A stretch of DNA of 61,658 nt, counting the filler, from Hausera hauseri (Eukaryota): the NCBI GenBank assembly GCA_046269625.1. It is 11 parts of 11 records of this genome, joined end to end, with 100 filler letters (N's around TTAATTAATTAA, not from the genome) between each part and the next. Parts side by side here need not be neighbours in the genome. Positions count along the whole stretch, not along the records: positions 47,416 to 52,776 come from JBJURY010271619.1; positions 52,877 to 57,080 come from JBJURY010702882.1; positions 57,181 to 61,658 come from JBJURY010561895.1; 8 more parts are not named here. The stretch is one strand, 5' to 3'. This document shows, piece after piece, positions 48,331 through 61,658 of the stretch (positions within the stretch are counted from its first letter, which is position 1; every line of letters starts with the position of its first letter). A program made the translations under genes and the position numbers. The notes under the pieces are model-generated. The model had not been told where the DNA came from. It was given only the letters and a program-made list of their open reading frames with translations, and did no database searches.

Positions 48331-51300
48331 AAAACTTTTGCGGTAACTTTTCTTTAACAGCATTCCAACCATTTTTGTCCCAGGCGTTTGGAAGTAGATG
48401 GTCAGAGCTGTTCCTCTGAGCTTTTCTAACCATTTCAGTTTCTTCTTCACTCAAGTTGGCTAAAAATTCTAGTCTGTATGGTGTGTGGTGGTTCAATTGA
48501 TATTTGGTATCTGTACTAGTAGTTATCTTCAAGTCTTTTTTCATTTCTTTCTATCTAAAGTTATTTTCTTAATGTCAGGTCACGGCATCAGTTGTTTTGT
48601 CTCCATCAATTTAAAAAGGAGGGACTTTATTTTTAATTCCTATATTAAATTCGCGGATGAACAAGATAGTGCAAATATCTTGTATATGAGACTATTACCT
48701 ATCTTATCTTATAGATAATGTGCACGGGTAAGGTACATGTGCGTTCCTTTACGTTACTATGCTTTATGGAGTGTTAGTTACTTAACTGTTTGGCACGCAG
48801 TCCAACAGCACGTTGGGGCCCCTTCCAAATTAGTTTCGGCTATTACTTAGTGAACTTAACTTAGCAAGACCATTTGAGTCCAAGAAAAATTTGTTGTAAA
48901 TGTTCAAACTAACGTGGATATTGATATTCTTGGATTAGTTAGATAAAATACCCAAAATTGACATATACATTAACATAATTGGGGTACCAACAAAAATAGA
49001 TTTACATACACAAAATAAAGTGGTTACTGTGTGTCTACAACTCAAATCATGAAATTATGCATAAAACGATTAACTGTCAATTCAAAAACGATTTTAGAGT
49101 TATTTTCAATTTAAATTATCAACTCAAAGCAATTAATAAATGCACAGAATGTTGGTTGAAGTTTTTTGAAGTTTTTTGATTTTGTTTGGAAGTTTTAGTT
49201 TTTTTTTTTTTTTTTTTATAATACATTATTTTTTGTTAGAAATAAATGTTTTATTTCCGTCATTCGTATTTCATAGTCACTTTTCTGTCTGTCTGGAGAA
49301 ATATTTTGATTTATACAATTCAGGATGTCACTGAACACTTTATCGCTTGAATCGACCTCCGAAAACTGCGATTCTTCTCACTTCCGAAATATGAACAATT
49401 GCAGCTTTTTTTACCAATTGACATCTACTTTCGTAATCAAGCATATAAAACGGTAGTCGAAACAAAATCCAAATAAGAGATATGAGGCCAAAAGAAATAT
49501 ATGTATAATGCAATCAAAATGAAAATGATGAAAATTAGTCGATTTAGCAAAAATGGTTGTCCAACAGTTTATTATTTTTTAAATTGATAATTTCTGCCAC
49601 TTGTGCATACTTTTAAAACAAAACACCAAAAGGGTTTTCTCACACAATTTACAAAGCTGGGCAAGTCCGGTAACTGGCCAACAAAATCCCTGCAACACTT
49701 AATAGCAAGATACGTTTTATAAACGTCATAAAATGAATAAAATACATATTTCAGCAAAACAAACATTTCAAAGAAATTCAAATATTAGTTTAATTTAGTA
49801 TTCCACATTTGACCTGTCAAAGAAGGAGAATATTGCAATTCATTGGTTAAGGAACTTTCCATGGGTATATCAAATGTATATTGGTCATTCAATGCAAAAT
49901 TCATAAACGTTTTGTCTTGCACATTAAACTGCTGTTCTTCTGAATTCAACGAGCCATCGTTGAATTTCCTTCCTTGCCGTCGTCTCGGTCGATCTTTAAA
50001 ATGAGTTTTTCGTATGTCGTACAGCAGAAAATCTTCTCGATTTGGGTGGTTTTCTTTGATCGGTTAAAATCTTTATTCTTGATCGGGTCACCAAAGTTTC
50101 TCAGTGATGACTCATAGCTTTCTGGAACGTTAACGTTGGATTGCCATGCTGATAATTTGTAATATATGGAGTTCGGATCGTCATTGCCACATTGCTCCTC
50201 TTCGGCAGAAACGTTATTGAAATTAAAACAGCTTCATTGTCTAGTACTTACGGGTGTTGGCACAAACTATTGCATCTTGAGTTAATTTCATAAAACTAGG
50301 GGAGGCAAATATTAACGGATAGTTAAAATAACTGTCGGTGCCTGATGAAATTACTGTACTTAAACCTTGCATAAACGTCTGGAAAATGATAGGTGCTACA
50401 TTGCCATAATTGGAATACATCTGTTGAGCGGACAATGCGTTGTATGCGTAACTCGGATCGTCATACGCTAAGTGGTTTTGATACGAAGAACTAATAAACT
50501 TCTGATTAATGTCTACAATCTCTGGATTTCGTTGAACGGAACATGACATAATCGATGATTCTTCCGGTAATTATTTTCTTTTTAATGGCACATTCCCAAT
50601 CAAATGACCTTCGAGAGACCACCAACAAAGCAGTCCAGCAGCAACATCCCCGAAAGGAAAAATCGGACCTCGGCTAGCGGCATAATTGGCGCAAAACCGA
50701 TGCACCCGACCGTGTCCGAACAAAATGGGCCAGGGGCCCGAAGCACGGTGGACAACCACACGTTATAATTTTTCATTGAATTTAAGTAGAACAAAAATTA
50801 GAAGTTTTATGCACTTACTTCAAAGGCGGATGATTTTTTGGCGTAATCAACATAGACAAATATAAGTCGTTGAATGGGGATAGCCTGTGCATGGTACACC
50901 ATAACTGGATAGGCTTAATTTTAGCCTATTTTTCAAAACTGAAGGAATCTAATTATAAATATCGACTGGTACGTATGCAAATCGATAGTGGATATTGTGC
51001 CAAGGCCAATGTTGTACTTGTATAATGATACAAATTTTCAAACTTGGTGAAAATAAAGATGAATTTTTGAAAAAATTAGTTCTATTGGTTTAAAGAAGGA
51101 TAAATCGGATCAAGCTTAATTTGTTTGAAATTAATGTGAAAAATTAGACAAAAAGATATATCACATTCGAATAATATTGTATAAAGTTGTTTGAGTGAGA
51201 TTTCCCATTTTTCTGTGAACTAACATTATTTTTATTGATATTGTCGTCTAAATATGAATTATGTGTGTAAAAGTCGAGTCTTAACCGAATAATAACTAAA

Positions 51301-52076
51301 TTATTTCGTACAGCACGAATCCAGTATATGCAAGCATTTAAAGGGGTCCAAGAGAGGCATGTTTTTGTACAACAAAAGTATATCAGTTGAGGCGCACTGT
51401 TTTTGCAGATAATAATCAAAGATCAAAAAACATTCACTACATTTTTGAAGGATAAGCAATGCTTTTTCGGGATATATGAAGATGGTAGCAGTTTAGAACT
51501 GAGTAGTAAGTATAATGTACATATCAAACATTCGAAAAGTATTATAATCGAATTGAAAATCGAAGACCAAATAGAATTTGATGATCTTGAGTTCAGCACC
51601 AGATTCCCCATATGGTACATCCCTGTTGCAAACAAAATCGACTCAATATGACGTATTGTTAGGCTAAAGATATTACTTGAAATTTACCTCCCTTGTATAT
51701 AAGAACAAGATTAATGGCAAGAAATATTTTGTGTATATTTTGAGTGCTGAACCAGATTACGTCACATTACCGGACTCCTATGATGAATAGAAAACCTTTA
51801 TTTCTGTAATCTCACAATACAGAATATTGTGCTGAAACGACCCTTATTTCAGTTCACACGCTAAACAGAAAAGCGTTTGTGTTAATTTATTGCTCCCTCT
51901 TATTTAAATATTGCACAATCACTTCGATCATTTCTGTAAAAGTCAATTTGAACCATGTGAAATTTATGCGTTTGTGAAAATTTCAAGATACTTTTTTAAG
52001 AAATGCCGTCTGTAAAACAGAAAAGTACCTTTATACTTTCGTGCATTAGACTAACAAAATGAAAAAGAACTTACCA

Positions 52077-52708
52077 GGGAACATTTCTAACTGCCACGCA
52101 AGGATTTTTATAAGAAGTAGTCAAATAGGTACAAAATATAGTGCTGATTAATAATATGAAAACATTTTTACCAACGAAGTCAAAATAAGGCAACTGGAGC
52201 TTTGAAATGTGTCAACTTTTCGCACTTGTTCAATTTTCTCCCAACTATGTTTAGGAATTTTGAATTTTGACAACATTTTCGTCAATTTTCCCATGAAAAT
52301 TTTCTTCTAATACACGACTTACATTAATAGTTCTTGGTGTTCTGTCGAAATAAAAATAGCTACCGATTATTTTTGGCCACTCATATACATAGTCAAAATT
52401 TATACAAGAGAGAATATGCAATTGATAATTCAACGAATACATTTCAGATTGACCGAATTTCAAGTAAATCGAATATTAAAAGATCATTAACTCAAGAAAA
52501 TCAGCGAACATTTCTAGAGTTCAAAATTCCTAATCGTATCGGGAGAAACTTAAACAAGTACGAAAAGCTGTCATATTCAAAAGCTCAAATTTCGTTATTT
52601 TGACTTCGTTGGCAAAAAATATTCTTTACATTATTAATCAGCATTATATTTTGCACGTATATGACTATTTCTTATGAAAAACCCTGTGTGACAGACAGAA
52701 ATGTTCCC
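52077..52708. mobile_element. Non-autonomous DNA transposon/MITE with ~130-bp TIRs
   Basis: GGGAACATTTCT...CCAACGAAGTCAAAATAA...GAGCTTTTGA (52077-52205) is the imperfect reverse complement of 52577-52708. No clear TSD. Confidence 0.8.
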
Positions 52709-52876
52709 TTGTCAGAAAATCTGTCGTACAAGGAAATGATATAGTGATTTACAAATATAATAAAACTATTCCAATTNNNNNNNNNNNNNNNNNNNNNNNN
52801 NNNNNNNNNNNNNNNNNNNNTTAATTAATTAANNNNNNNNNNNNNNNNNNNNNNNNNNNNNNNNNNNNNNNNNNNN

Positions 52877-55800
52877 GGCGCAATTGTATCCCCGGCGGCG
52901 CACTATCTCCCTGACATGACACGCCTTTTTCCTTATTTTTTTTTCCTTCAAAATAAACATACATACACATCACATACACACTAAGGCAACAGTAGCAGAT
53001 TTGTTTGTAGATTTGGCTCATCACTAAGCATAAACGGATACTACCTTTTTTATTCCGATCTAATATCATCTATTTTATCCTCACCCTCATCGTTAATAAT
53101 AACCTTATGTCCTCGCCTATTCGGTGCTTCCGACACCAAATCTTCATTAAACGATTCCCGGGAACTCAGTGATGTTCCTACCATATGCGTTCCTGTCAAG
53201 TGATCCCCATTAGTTCTATCTGCAACATTCTCATTGGTCAATTTCCCTTGTGTCGACTATTTTACCGATAAACAACATTCCAGTCGCACGTGGCTAGAAT
53301 TCCATGCACAATGGCTAAAATCAAATAACATTACTGACCCTTTCTTCAAGGCAAATAGTTTATTAGTACTCTTGCCATTTAGTATTAAATCACTGCACCC
53401 AAATCTTTCCGAAATTTTTTAAACAGTAGATCCTTATGAAACCCTATTTAACGCCGTTTTTAACTCACTGAGCCTTCTCTGGATAACATTATCCAAAAAT
53501 AAATTAATGATATTTCGATAATAAGCCAGAAACCCTCAGAATTTTTACAAACATATTTAACCCAATTAAACAAGTTAGAGGTAAACCAGACAAATAATGC
53601 CGACTTATTGCGTAGATATTTCCTTTAATCGTTACCCAAAGAAATACACGCTTTACTAACCGTAGTTGAAGATACAGCTACGTTAGAAAAGTTAGCACAA
53701 CTGGCTGATAAAAGCTATGAAATATTAAGTGCACACCATACTCCTATTGTCGCAGCCACATTACAACCACCTTTGACACCACCTAATGCTGAAATCTTAG
53801 CGCTGAATAACTAAAGAAATGCTCGCCTGGCGGAAAACGCGGCAATACATCGAACTATTTCTGCTTTAACTCCTAAACTGGACAATTTATCCATGCCGCG
53901 ACGAGGTCGATTCACATTCAATCATAGCCATGCTTCATTGCAAAATTCTAGATCTGCTAGGTTCCCTACTTGACCTATGGTGTGCTATTATCACACTAAA
54001 TTCAAGAACCAATTCAATAAATGTTGCTTGGGATGTAAATTCTTTACACCAGCTTTTCAAAAATCCGATATCGTTTGTATTTACCATATAGGTTCAGCAA
54101 TAAAGCCCGAAACTGCATCAACGGTTGCACGCTTTCCAGTCGACTTAACCAAGTCCATCGTAATTCTCCCGACTCCCCAAATCCTACTATCCAAAAAAAC
54201 TGACAAAGCTGCCAGATGTTTCGGCACATACTGGCACAGGCAAACGTCTTCGTTCTAATAGCCGTACATACGCTATTTTCACATTAAAAGCCTCCTTAAC
54301 ATCCAAACCAAATCAAACAATCAACTTCCTCATTGACTCAGAGGCTGCTGTTTCTTTATTACCACCATCCATCAAAACACCATTCATCTCACCATCTAAC
54401 ACTAAATTATACACAGCTAACGGCCAAGATTTTTGGCACGTCTAAAGTTTCATTCCCTTTACCACCATTTTCCGACATTTTCAATTGGACATTCATCGTT
54501 GCCGACACACAATTTCCAATAATTGGGTCTGATTTCTTATCCTTCTACAATATCCTTGTAGATTGTAGACAACGTCAGATCATTAAAAGAAGTTTAACAA
54601 AGCCGACCCCTGCAAATATCCAACCGATCATGCAGCTTTCCTCAACTATAAAATCAATATTGAAGAAACCATTAACCAATGTGAATAAGAACCTTACTGA
54701 TAAACCCAATATAAACAATCCTACTTTTCTGTTGCAATCCAATTTAGGCGGCCAGATTTCTATCATTTCTCACACTAAATCCAATCTGTCCCTTGCCATA
54801 ACAACAAAAGCCTTTACTACATTTAGCCAGGAAATGAAACAACATTTAACCAAGTCTTGTTCTTACACAATAAAAAAGACCCAGCATTTTGACCAGCTAA
54901 CACAACGCTTCATCATATCATCATAGAAAATCCTAGGCCCGTTAGGCAAAAGCTTCTCCCACTTTCACCACGCCGTCGACAGACAGTCCAAGCAGAATTC
55001 TTTGCACTCGAGCAAGCTGGCATAATAAAACGCTAGAAATCACCTTGGGCATCACCACTGCACGTCGTCCCCAAAAAAGATGGCACATTCCGTCCATGCG
55101 GCGATTATTGCCAACTTAATACCGTCACTACCATGGACGCTTATCCTCTACCTTTGATTAAGGATATTTTACATTCCTTACACAAGGAAACAATCTATTT
55201 GACTATAGATCTCAAAAAAGCCTACCAACAAATACCGATAGTGCCACAAAACATCCAAAAAACGGCCATAATAACACGTTTTGGTCTTTTTGAATACGAA
55301 TTCATGCCGTTCGGTTTAAAGAACGCAGCACAAACTTTCCAACGGCACATTGATTCAGTTCTTTCTGGCTTGCCATTTGTATATCCATACATTGATGACA
55401 TACTAGTCGCATCGGCATCGCCCAAACAACACGAAGAACATCTCAGACTAGTTTTCCAACGCTTGCACAACTACAATTTGCAAGTGAACTTTTCTAAGTG
55501 TTCTTTTTTTCAAAAAAGTCAATTTCCTTGGCCACGTCATCACACCTGATGGTCACAGTCCACAGCCTGATAGAATTTATCAATTACGAAACATCGAGCT
55601 ACCCGAAACCACTGCTAACATGCGTAGTTTTCTTGGGACTTTACATTTTGTACATAAATACGTCCCACACTGTAGCCAGTTAACTGCTCTTTTCGCTCAA
55701 CTAGGAACGGCCGAAAAAAGCTCATATTGGACTCGACAACTTATTAATCAGTTTGATGAATTCCGCGACAAACTTAAAACAGTTGAAATTGTAGCTTACT

Positions 55801-57080
55801 CAAAACCTGATGCTGATCTAATTTTAACAACCGACACATCAACTACAGCAGTAGGAGCGGTTCTTCATCAAATATCTCCAGGTATAAATGAGCCGTTAGA
55901 ATTCTTTTCACGCAAGTTGCAGCCACAAGAACGCCGTTATTCTACCTTCGATAGAGAACTGGCCATTGTTTTATCTCTGAAACATTTTTTACATTTGTTT
56001 ATTGTTCGTTTCTTCACTATTCAAACGGACCATAAACCTCTCGTTTACATAATGAACGTGAAACAACCATCACTCCGACAAGAATGCCATATCTCATATC
56101 TGTCAACATTTAACTTCAAAATTTGCCATATTTCTGGCACAGACAATTTAATAGTTGATTTTTTATCACGGTAAGTTGGTGCTATTAGTGTCACAAATAT
56201 TCTCTAAGGAACAATTAATGCAAAATTCTCCTTCCGCTGAAATTCTTAAACAGTACAAATCCGTACAAATCATCGATGGAATAGCCATGGACACTTTGAC
56301 ACCTGGACAACATTTGCCAATTTTGGTACCTCCTCTCCAGCAAACTGCATTTCAACACGTTCATTCTTTGCATCACCCAGGTTCCAAGGCTACATTTCGC
56401 CTTCTCAAACGCCACGTAACATGGCCATCAATGAGGTCTGATGTACAGAACTGGGTTAGGCAATGCGTACCTTGCCAAAAATTCAAAATTGCTAAATATC
56501 TTAAACCACCATTATTTCACTTCCCATGTACATCCCGCTTTGAGTCAGTTCACATAGATATCGTTGGCCCATTACCTTCTGATAATGGCCACCAATTTAT
56601 TTTAACAATGATGGACCGCGCTTCTCGTTGGCCCGAGGCCGTCCCTTTGCGCTCCGTCAACATAGATTCCATTGCAGAAGCATTCATAAAGATTTGGATT
56701 AGCCGATTCGGTTCACCCCGTTATATCATTACAGACCAAGGTCCTCAATTTGAATCGAACTTATTCAAGTCTTTAGTAAATCGACTGGGCATAAACCACA
56801 TACATACCACTCCATATCACCCCCAGTCGAACGGCTTATTAGAACGTTTTCATCGCACTCTTAAGATTTCGTTAAAGATCCTGGCCGAAACTAATAAGAA
56901 TTGGACAACCGTCCTACCTTTTGTATTACTCGGTTGGCGCAACACGCCGTCTACAACCACCGGTTGCGCACCTTCTGAAGCACTTTTCGGTACCACAATT
57001 CGCGCACTTTTTGAGCTCACCGATTTAGACAACACACCAACTGACGAAACAATTAGGTCTGCACAAAATCACTTCGTCCA
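52877..57080 (+). mobile_element. Decayed Gypsy element, family A (second copy)
   Basis: gag with CYYH...KCCLGC, FLIDS protease, RT DAYPLP...YIDDIL (55133-55549), RH (55620-56174), IN (56155-57080); collinear with 1073-5244. Confidence 0.94.
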
Positions 57081-57180
57081 NNNNNNNNNNNNNNNNNNNN
57101 NNNNNNNNNNNNNNNNNNNNNNNNTTAATTAATTAANNNNNNNNNNNNNNNNNNNNNNNNNNNNNNNNNNNNNNNNNNNN

Positions 57181-60100
57181 AACAATGGTAGATCGCTGTC
57201 CTCGGACGAAGTAGGTAACAAATTTCTGTTTCTTTTCAGTTGTCGGGCTCTCGCTTCCGCAAACCTTTTTCTAGCTGCTGCTCTAGTATTTGGGTATGAT
57301 GTGGTATCTTCTGCTTTACTGCTTTGGTTGGTACATATGGGGATTGTATCTTTCCTGGATGTCATTGACAAAGGTATTGGGCCTATCACGTATCGGGTAT
57401 CACTGTCCAAACTATTAGAGGTGTCACTGTTCGTTTCATCTCCTGATGTCTCGGATTCCTCATCCGCTGGTGGGACTACAAATCTTGATCGTCGGTTCCT
57501 GGCATCCGTTACTTGTTGATTTTCTACTGACCAGGGTCTCTCATCGTGTCTAATATAGTCTGTGGTTGCCTTAGCTGTTTGGCCTGTGTATTGATTTTTG
57601 ACTACGTAGGTCACAGGTCCTAACTGTTCTTTGATCGTGAAGCCTGGGATCCAACGGTGGTCAAATTTTTTACTTTCTGTGATGTTGACGGTAGCAGACT
57701 TTATCTCCGATCTGGAATTCTTGTGAGACAGTGTATTTATCGCTTCGTTCTTTACGTTTTTGAAATGCCGTGTTGACGTTTCTACTGACTTTGACTTCTA
57801 TTTCGTGTAGTTTCTGCAGTAGATGTTTGTGGAAGTCATCCCCTTGATACTTTTGTCTTGGTCTAAGTAAATTGTCTATTGGGAGAATCGGTTCACGTCC
57901 GTATGCCATTTCAAAAGGTGTGTATTTGTGGCTTCCATTTTCCATACATCGGATCACCATAGCTGCCTTGTTTAGGTGTAGGTCCCACTCACTGGGTTGG
58001 TCGTTCACATATTTGGCAATTATGTCGTACAGGGTAGTGTGTTGTCTTTCATTGACTCCGTTCGCCCCTGGACTGTAGTGTGCCGTTTTGATATGTTTAA
58101 TATTTAGTTCGTGTAGTGTCTCCTTGAGTGCACGGTTAACAAATTCGGTACCGTTGTCGGTGATTACGACCTTGGGACATCCGAATCGGGGTATGAAATG
58201 TCCTACTAGTATATCTGTGATATTGTCAGCGGCCTTGTCTGGTATGGCGTAGAGTTCTGGCCAAGCACTATATATATCGACGATATGCAGTATGTGTTTA
58301 TTGCCGGATAGTGTCCTTGGATGGGGTCCTGACAGATCTAGGCTTATCTTTTCGAATGGGTATGCTGCATAGTCTAGTTTTTGCATGGGGTGCTTGAGTA
58401 TTTCCATTCCCCGTAACTGGCATACTGCACATTTCTGTACGTATTCGTAAATCTCTTTTTGCATGTTTCGCCAATAATACTTGCGAGTGATCATTGATTG
58501 TGTCCTGTCTCTACCCAGGTGTCCTAGGTTATCATGATATTGTTGAATAACTTTTTGTCGCAACTGTTGAGGGACACATTGGTGTAAATCGCCGTGTTGG
58601 TTCAAATGGTATAAGACTTCATCTACTATAATTTATTGTGACCATTTATTGACTTTGGTTGTATCACCCGATCTTATATCGTTTAGTATGCATGTGAATT
58701 CCGCGTCTTTCAGCTGTTCTTGTTTCATATTGAACTCATTCTTATCTGTATCTGTTGTTTCTTCTGTGATGTCGGTGTCATATATGTTCTTGTTGTTTGA
58801 ATTAATGATGGCAACTTGCAGGGTGTGGTCATCTATGTCGGGTGTGCTATCCATTTCCGTCATCTCTTTGTTATCTTCACTTTTTTCGGGCATTCTTAAT
58901 AGCAAATCGGCCACTGTGTTTTCTGGCCCTGGGATATATTCTATATGTGCGTTGTATCCCTGTAAGTTGATGCACCACGTTTGGATTCGACGGTTTTGTA
59001 TGTCTCCTTTCAGTAAGGCTTTTAATGGCATATGGTCAGTCTTGATGGTGAACTTGCTATTATGAAGATAAAAATGTAATTTTTGTAGCGCATAGTGGAT
59101 TGCAAATGCTTCTTTTTCGGTAACCGACCACTTCCTTTGAGATTTCGTCAAGCGGTGAAACAAAAAGTAAATAGGTTTCTCTCTGGTTCTAAGCTTTCCA
59201 TTGACCTGTTCCGTACCATCGTCTTGAGTGAGAACTGCTCCTATTGCGTACTCTGAAGCATCTGTATAGAGGACATACTCTTTATTGGGGTTTGGGTAAG
59301 CCAATAATGGTACCACTGACAGACTGTCCTTTAAATATTCAAAGGCTTTCTGGCATGTGGGCTCCCATTTAAATCGTGCGAACTTTTGTGTCAATGCCAC
59401 AATTGGTTCAGCGATTCGAGAAAAATTTGGGATAAAACGTCGGTAATATCCACATGTGCCGAGGAAGCCTCGCACTTCTTTGGTGTTTCTCGGAGCAGCC
59501 ATGGATTTTATTGCCTGTACCTTTTCACAATCGGGTTTAATTCCTTCTCGTGATATTACAAAGCCCAGGTATTTTGTTTCTTCCTTGAGAAACTCGCATT
59601 TTGACAGTTTCAGCCTGACTTTGTATTCCCGTAAGCGATCAAATACCTTTTCCACGTGTTGTAGGTGGTCCTCAATGTCGGACTTGGTGAATATCAGTAT
59701 ATCATCAATATAGGCGAGGGCATAACTTTGTAGACCTTCGAGCACTATATTCATGAGCGCCATGTATGTGGCTGGGGAACCTTTTAGTCCGAACGGCATC
59801 ACATTCCATGCATAGCTTCCGGTGTGTGTGCAAAAGGCACTCTTCTCTTTTGCTTTCTGTGTCATAGGAATGCACCAAAATCCGGATCGTGCATCGAGTG
59901 TGGTGAAGTATGTCGCTCCCTCTAACAGTCCCAATATATCGTCTATTAGAGGCATGGGATACGATACATTTGCCGTGATGTTATTCAGCTGACGGTAATT
60001 GACGCAAAATCGATGGCTTCCATCTTTCTTAGATACTATGACGACAGGGAATGCCCATTCTGATCTGGTACGTTCTATGATTCCATCACGTAGCATCTCC

Positions 60101-61658
60101 TCAACCGCCTTCTCAACAATTTCTCTGTGTCCCAGAGGTGTATGGTATGGTCAGAGACTTATCGGTGGATGGTCGCCTGTGTCAATTTTCATGGATATTG
60201 TCTGTGTTCGACCAAGTTCTGTGTCGGATATTGCGAACACATCAGCATGTTGAGTCACAAACTGCAGAATTCTCTTTTTATGTTTGTCGTCAACTTTCAA
60301 GGTCTCTAGTAGCTTTGCTAATCTTTCATCGGTCTGTGTAATTGTAGCTACATCTGGTATCTGTGTCTTTAACCATAAGCCTTGTCTAATTTCGTGCAAC
60401 ACTTTATCTCGGTGTTGTCGTTTCTCTGACAGTTTCGAGTTTGTGTTACCGAACTCAGGATTCCGCGTGTTCTTTTGTACATTAGAGGTAATCTTATTGG
60501 CTCCGCATGTTTCAGACATCGTCATGTGGTTTTTCTGCCTTAGCGATAACACATCCTTTTTGTAGTGAAATCGTTTTTCCTGTATGATTCAGGACCATAA
60601 CTGGAGTCAGTCTTTTAGTGTTCAGTTGTACTAGACCACACACAATTTGTAATCCCGGTTCCTCGACTACTTCATATTCTTCCATGGTACTATGTGAACA
60701 TTTTCACCATGCCGCCAGTAATCGTTGCGTTTCATTTCAGCCACTACTATGTTTATTGAATTAGGTTTCATTGCTGTCTTCTTTTTGACTCTGATAATTG
60801 AGGCAATATGTATGTCATCTTCGAGATCCACATATTCACTGTTGATTCGGATCTTCTTTAGGTCGAAATAGATACGTGCTTGGTGTCTATTCAAAAAGTC
60901 TCTACCAATGATCACACTACGACTCATGTTTCTTATGACTAAGAATGTATGTGTCATCACTGTATTTCCTATAATGAATTGTAATTTTGTTTGTCCCAAA
61001 ACTTTCAATTGGTTTCCAGAGACTGATCGTAAGTCGACCGATTGTTTGACTAGTGGCCCTGGTTTCTTTATCATTTTAAATACTCTTTCACTGATGATGC
61101 TGACTTGGGCTCCCGTGTCTACCAAGCATCTGACTTTGATCTTCCCGAAATACACGATGCATGAGCTGGGATCAGTGATATCATTGACTGCGACCGTGTG
61201 TCTGTTACTCTCATTTGCAGGCTTTGTGGACGGCTGACAGTTTTGACCTTTGGGGAGTGGACGTTGTAGTGGGTGTGGGTATATGGTGTTAACTTCGTTC
61301 ATCTTGTTGGGTCTGGGTAGGGTGTGTCTGGGGAAACTGTCTTTCTTTGTCTTGGTTCTTCCGCTTCCATCGAATTCCATGGGCTCGTATTCCTGTTGAC
61401 TTTCATATCCCGCTGGTTTATATCTGGTATTTTCTCTTTCCAGTTTCTCGACTTCCTGTTGAACATAGTTACCGTGCTTGTTATCGTGTTTGGTCTTCTG
61501 TGGATTAAACCCTTTCTTCTCTGGTGCTGTTTGTAAGTTGTAGTTTGGCTGCCTGTTTGGGTACTTCTTCTGATTGTTTGTAGCCTGTTTTTGCTCTACC
61601 GCCCTGTCTGGATCATATTTGCCCGACATCTGTTTCTATGGTATTGTTCTGTATATTT
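57181..61658 (-). mobile_element. Gypsy element, family B: gag end, PR, RT, RH, IN, GPY/F-like tail; lightly decayed
   Basis: CLVDTGA...IIGRDFL (60667-61629); RT LDARSGFW...YIDDIL and RH TDASE...TDHMPL (58633-60552); IN SLDLSGP...TDNGTEF...NGVNER (57670-58605); WIPGFTI...GPVTYVV tail. Confidence 0.95.

Noticed and set aside
49900-50100. Homeodomain-like EIQRWLVEFRR on the minus strand
   Set aside because: Lacks WFxN, and the surrounding frame is broken; too weak to call.

Overview
This is not one locus. It is 11 short eukaryotic contigs joined by artificial 100-bp spacers (44 N + TTAATTAATTAA + 44 N): 1-7723, 7824-13278, 13379-19246, 19347-27703, 27804-32335, 32436-36678, 36779-43192, 43293-47315, 47416-52776, 52877-57080 and 57181-61658. 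Most contigs look like AT-rich invertebrate DNA (44-45-nt introns, a divergent TRAF gene; flatworm-like by inference). They are dominated by decayed Gypsy/Ty3 LTR retrotransposons of at least three families, plus mariner, Merlin and MITE remnants. One contig is a fish-type endogenous retrovirus, and two are tandem repeats. Highlights: (1) a 766-codon intronless ORF joining, in frame and all in sense orientation, pieces of an NDR/LATS-like kinase, neurofibromin, INTS1 and tankyrase, just upstream of a PPT+TGT LTR boundary, suggesting a retroelement that stitches host mRNAs together; (2) a circularly permuted ERV with one central LTR, a 2H-phosphoesterase domain and two in-frame UGA-CUR stops; (3) a contig with identical 77-bp ends (circle or tandem unit) holding one mariner and an intronless divergent TFIIB; (4) a signal-peptide Sec7 pseudogene fused to an alpha-tubulin fragment; (5) RING, dUTPase and orphan-ORF cargo beside Gypsy elements and a recurring GC-rich hairpin. 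All homology calls are by-eye motif recognition, not database searches.
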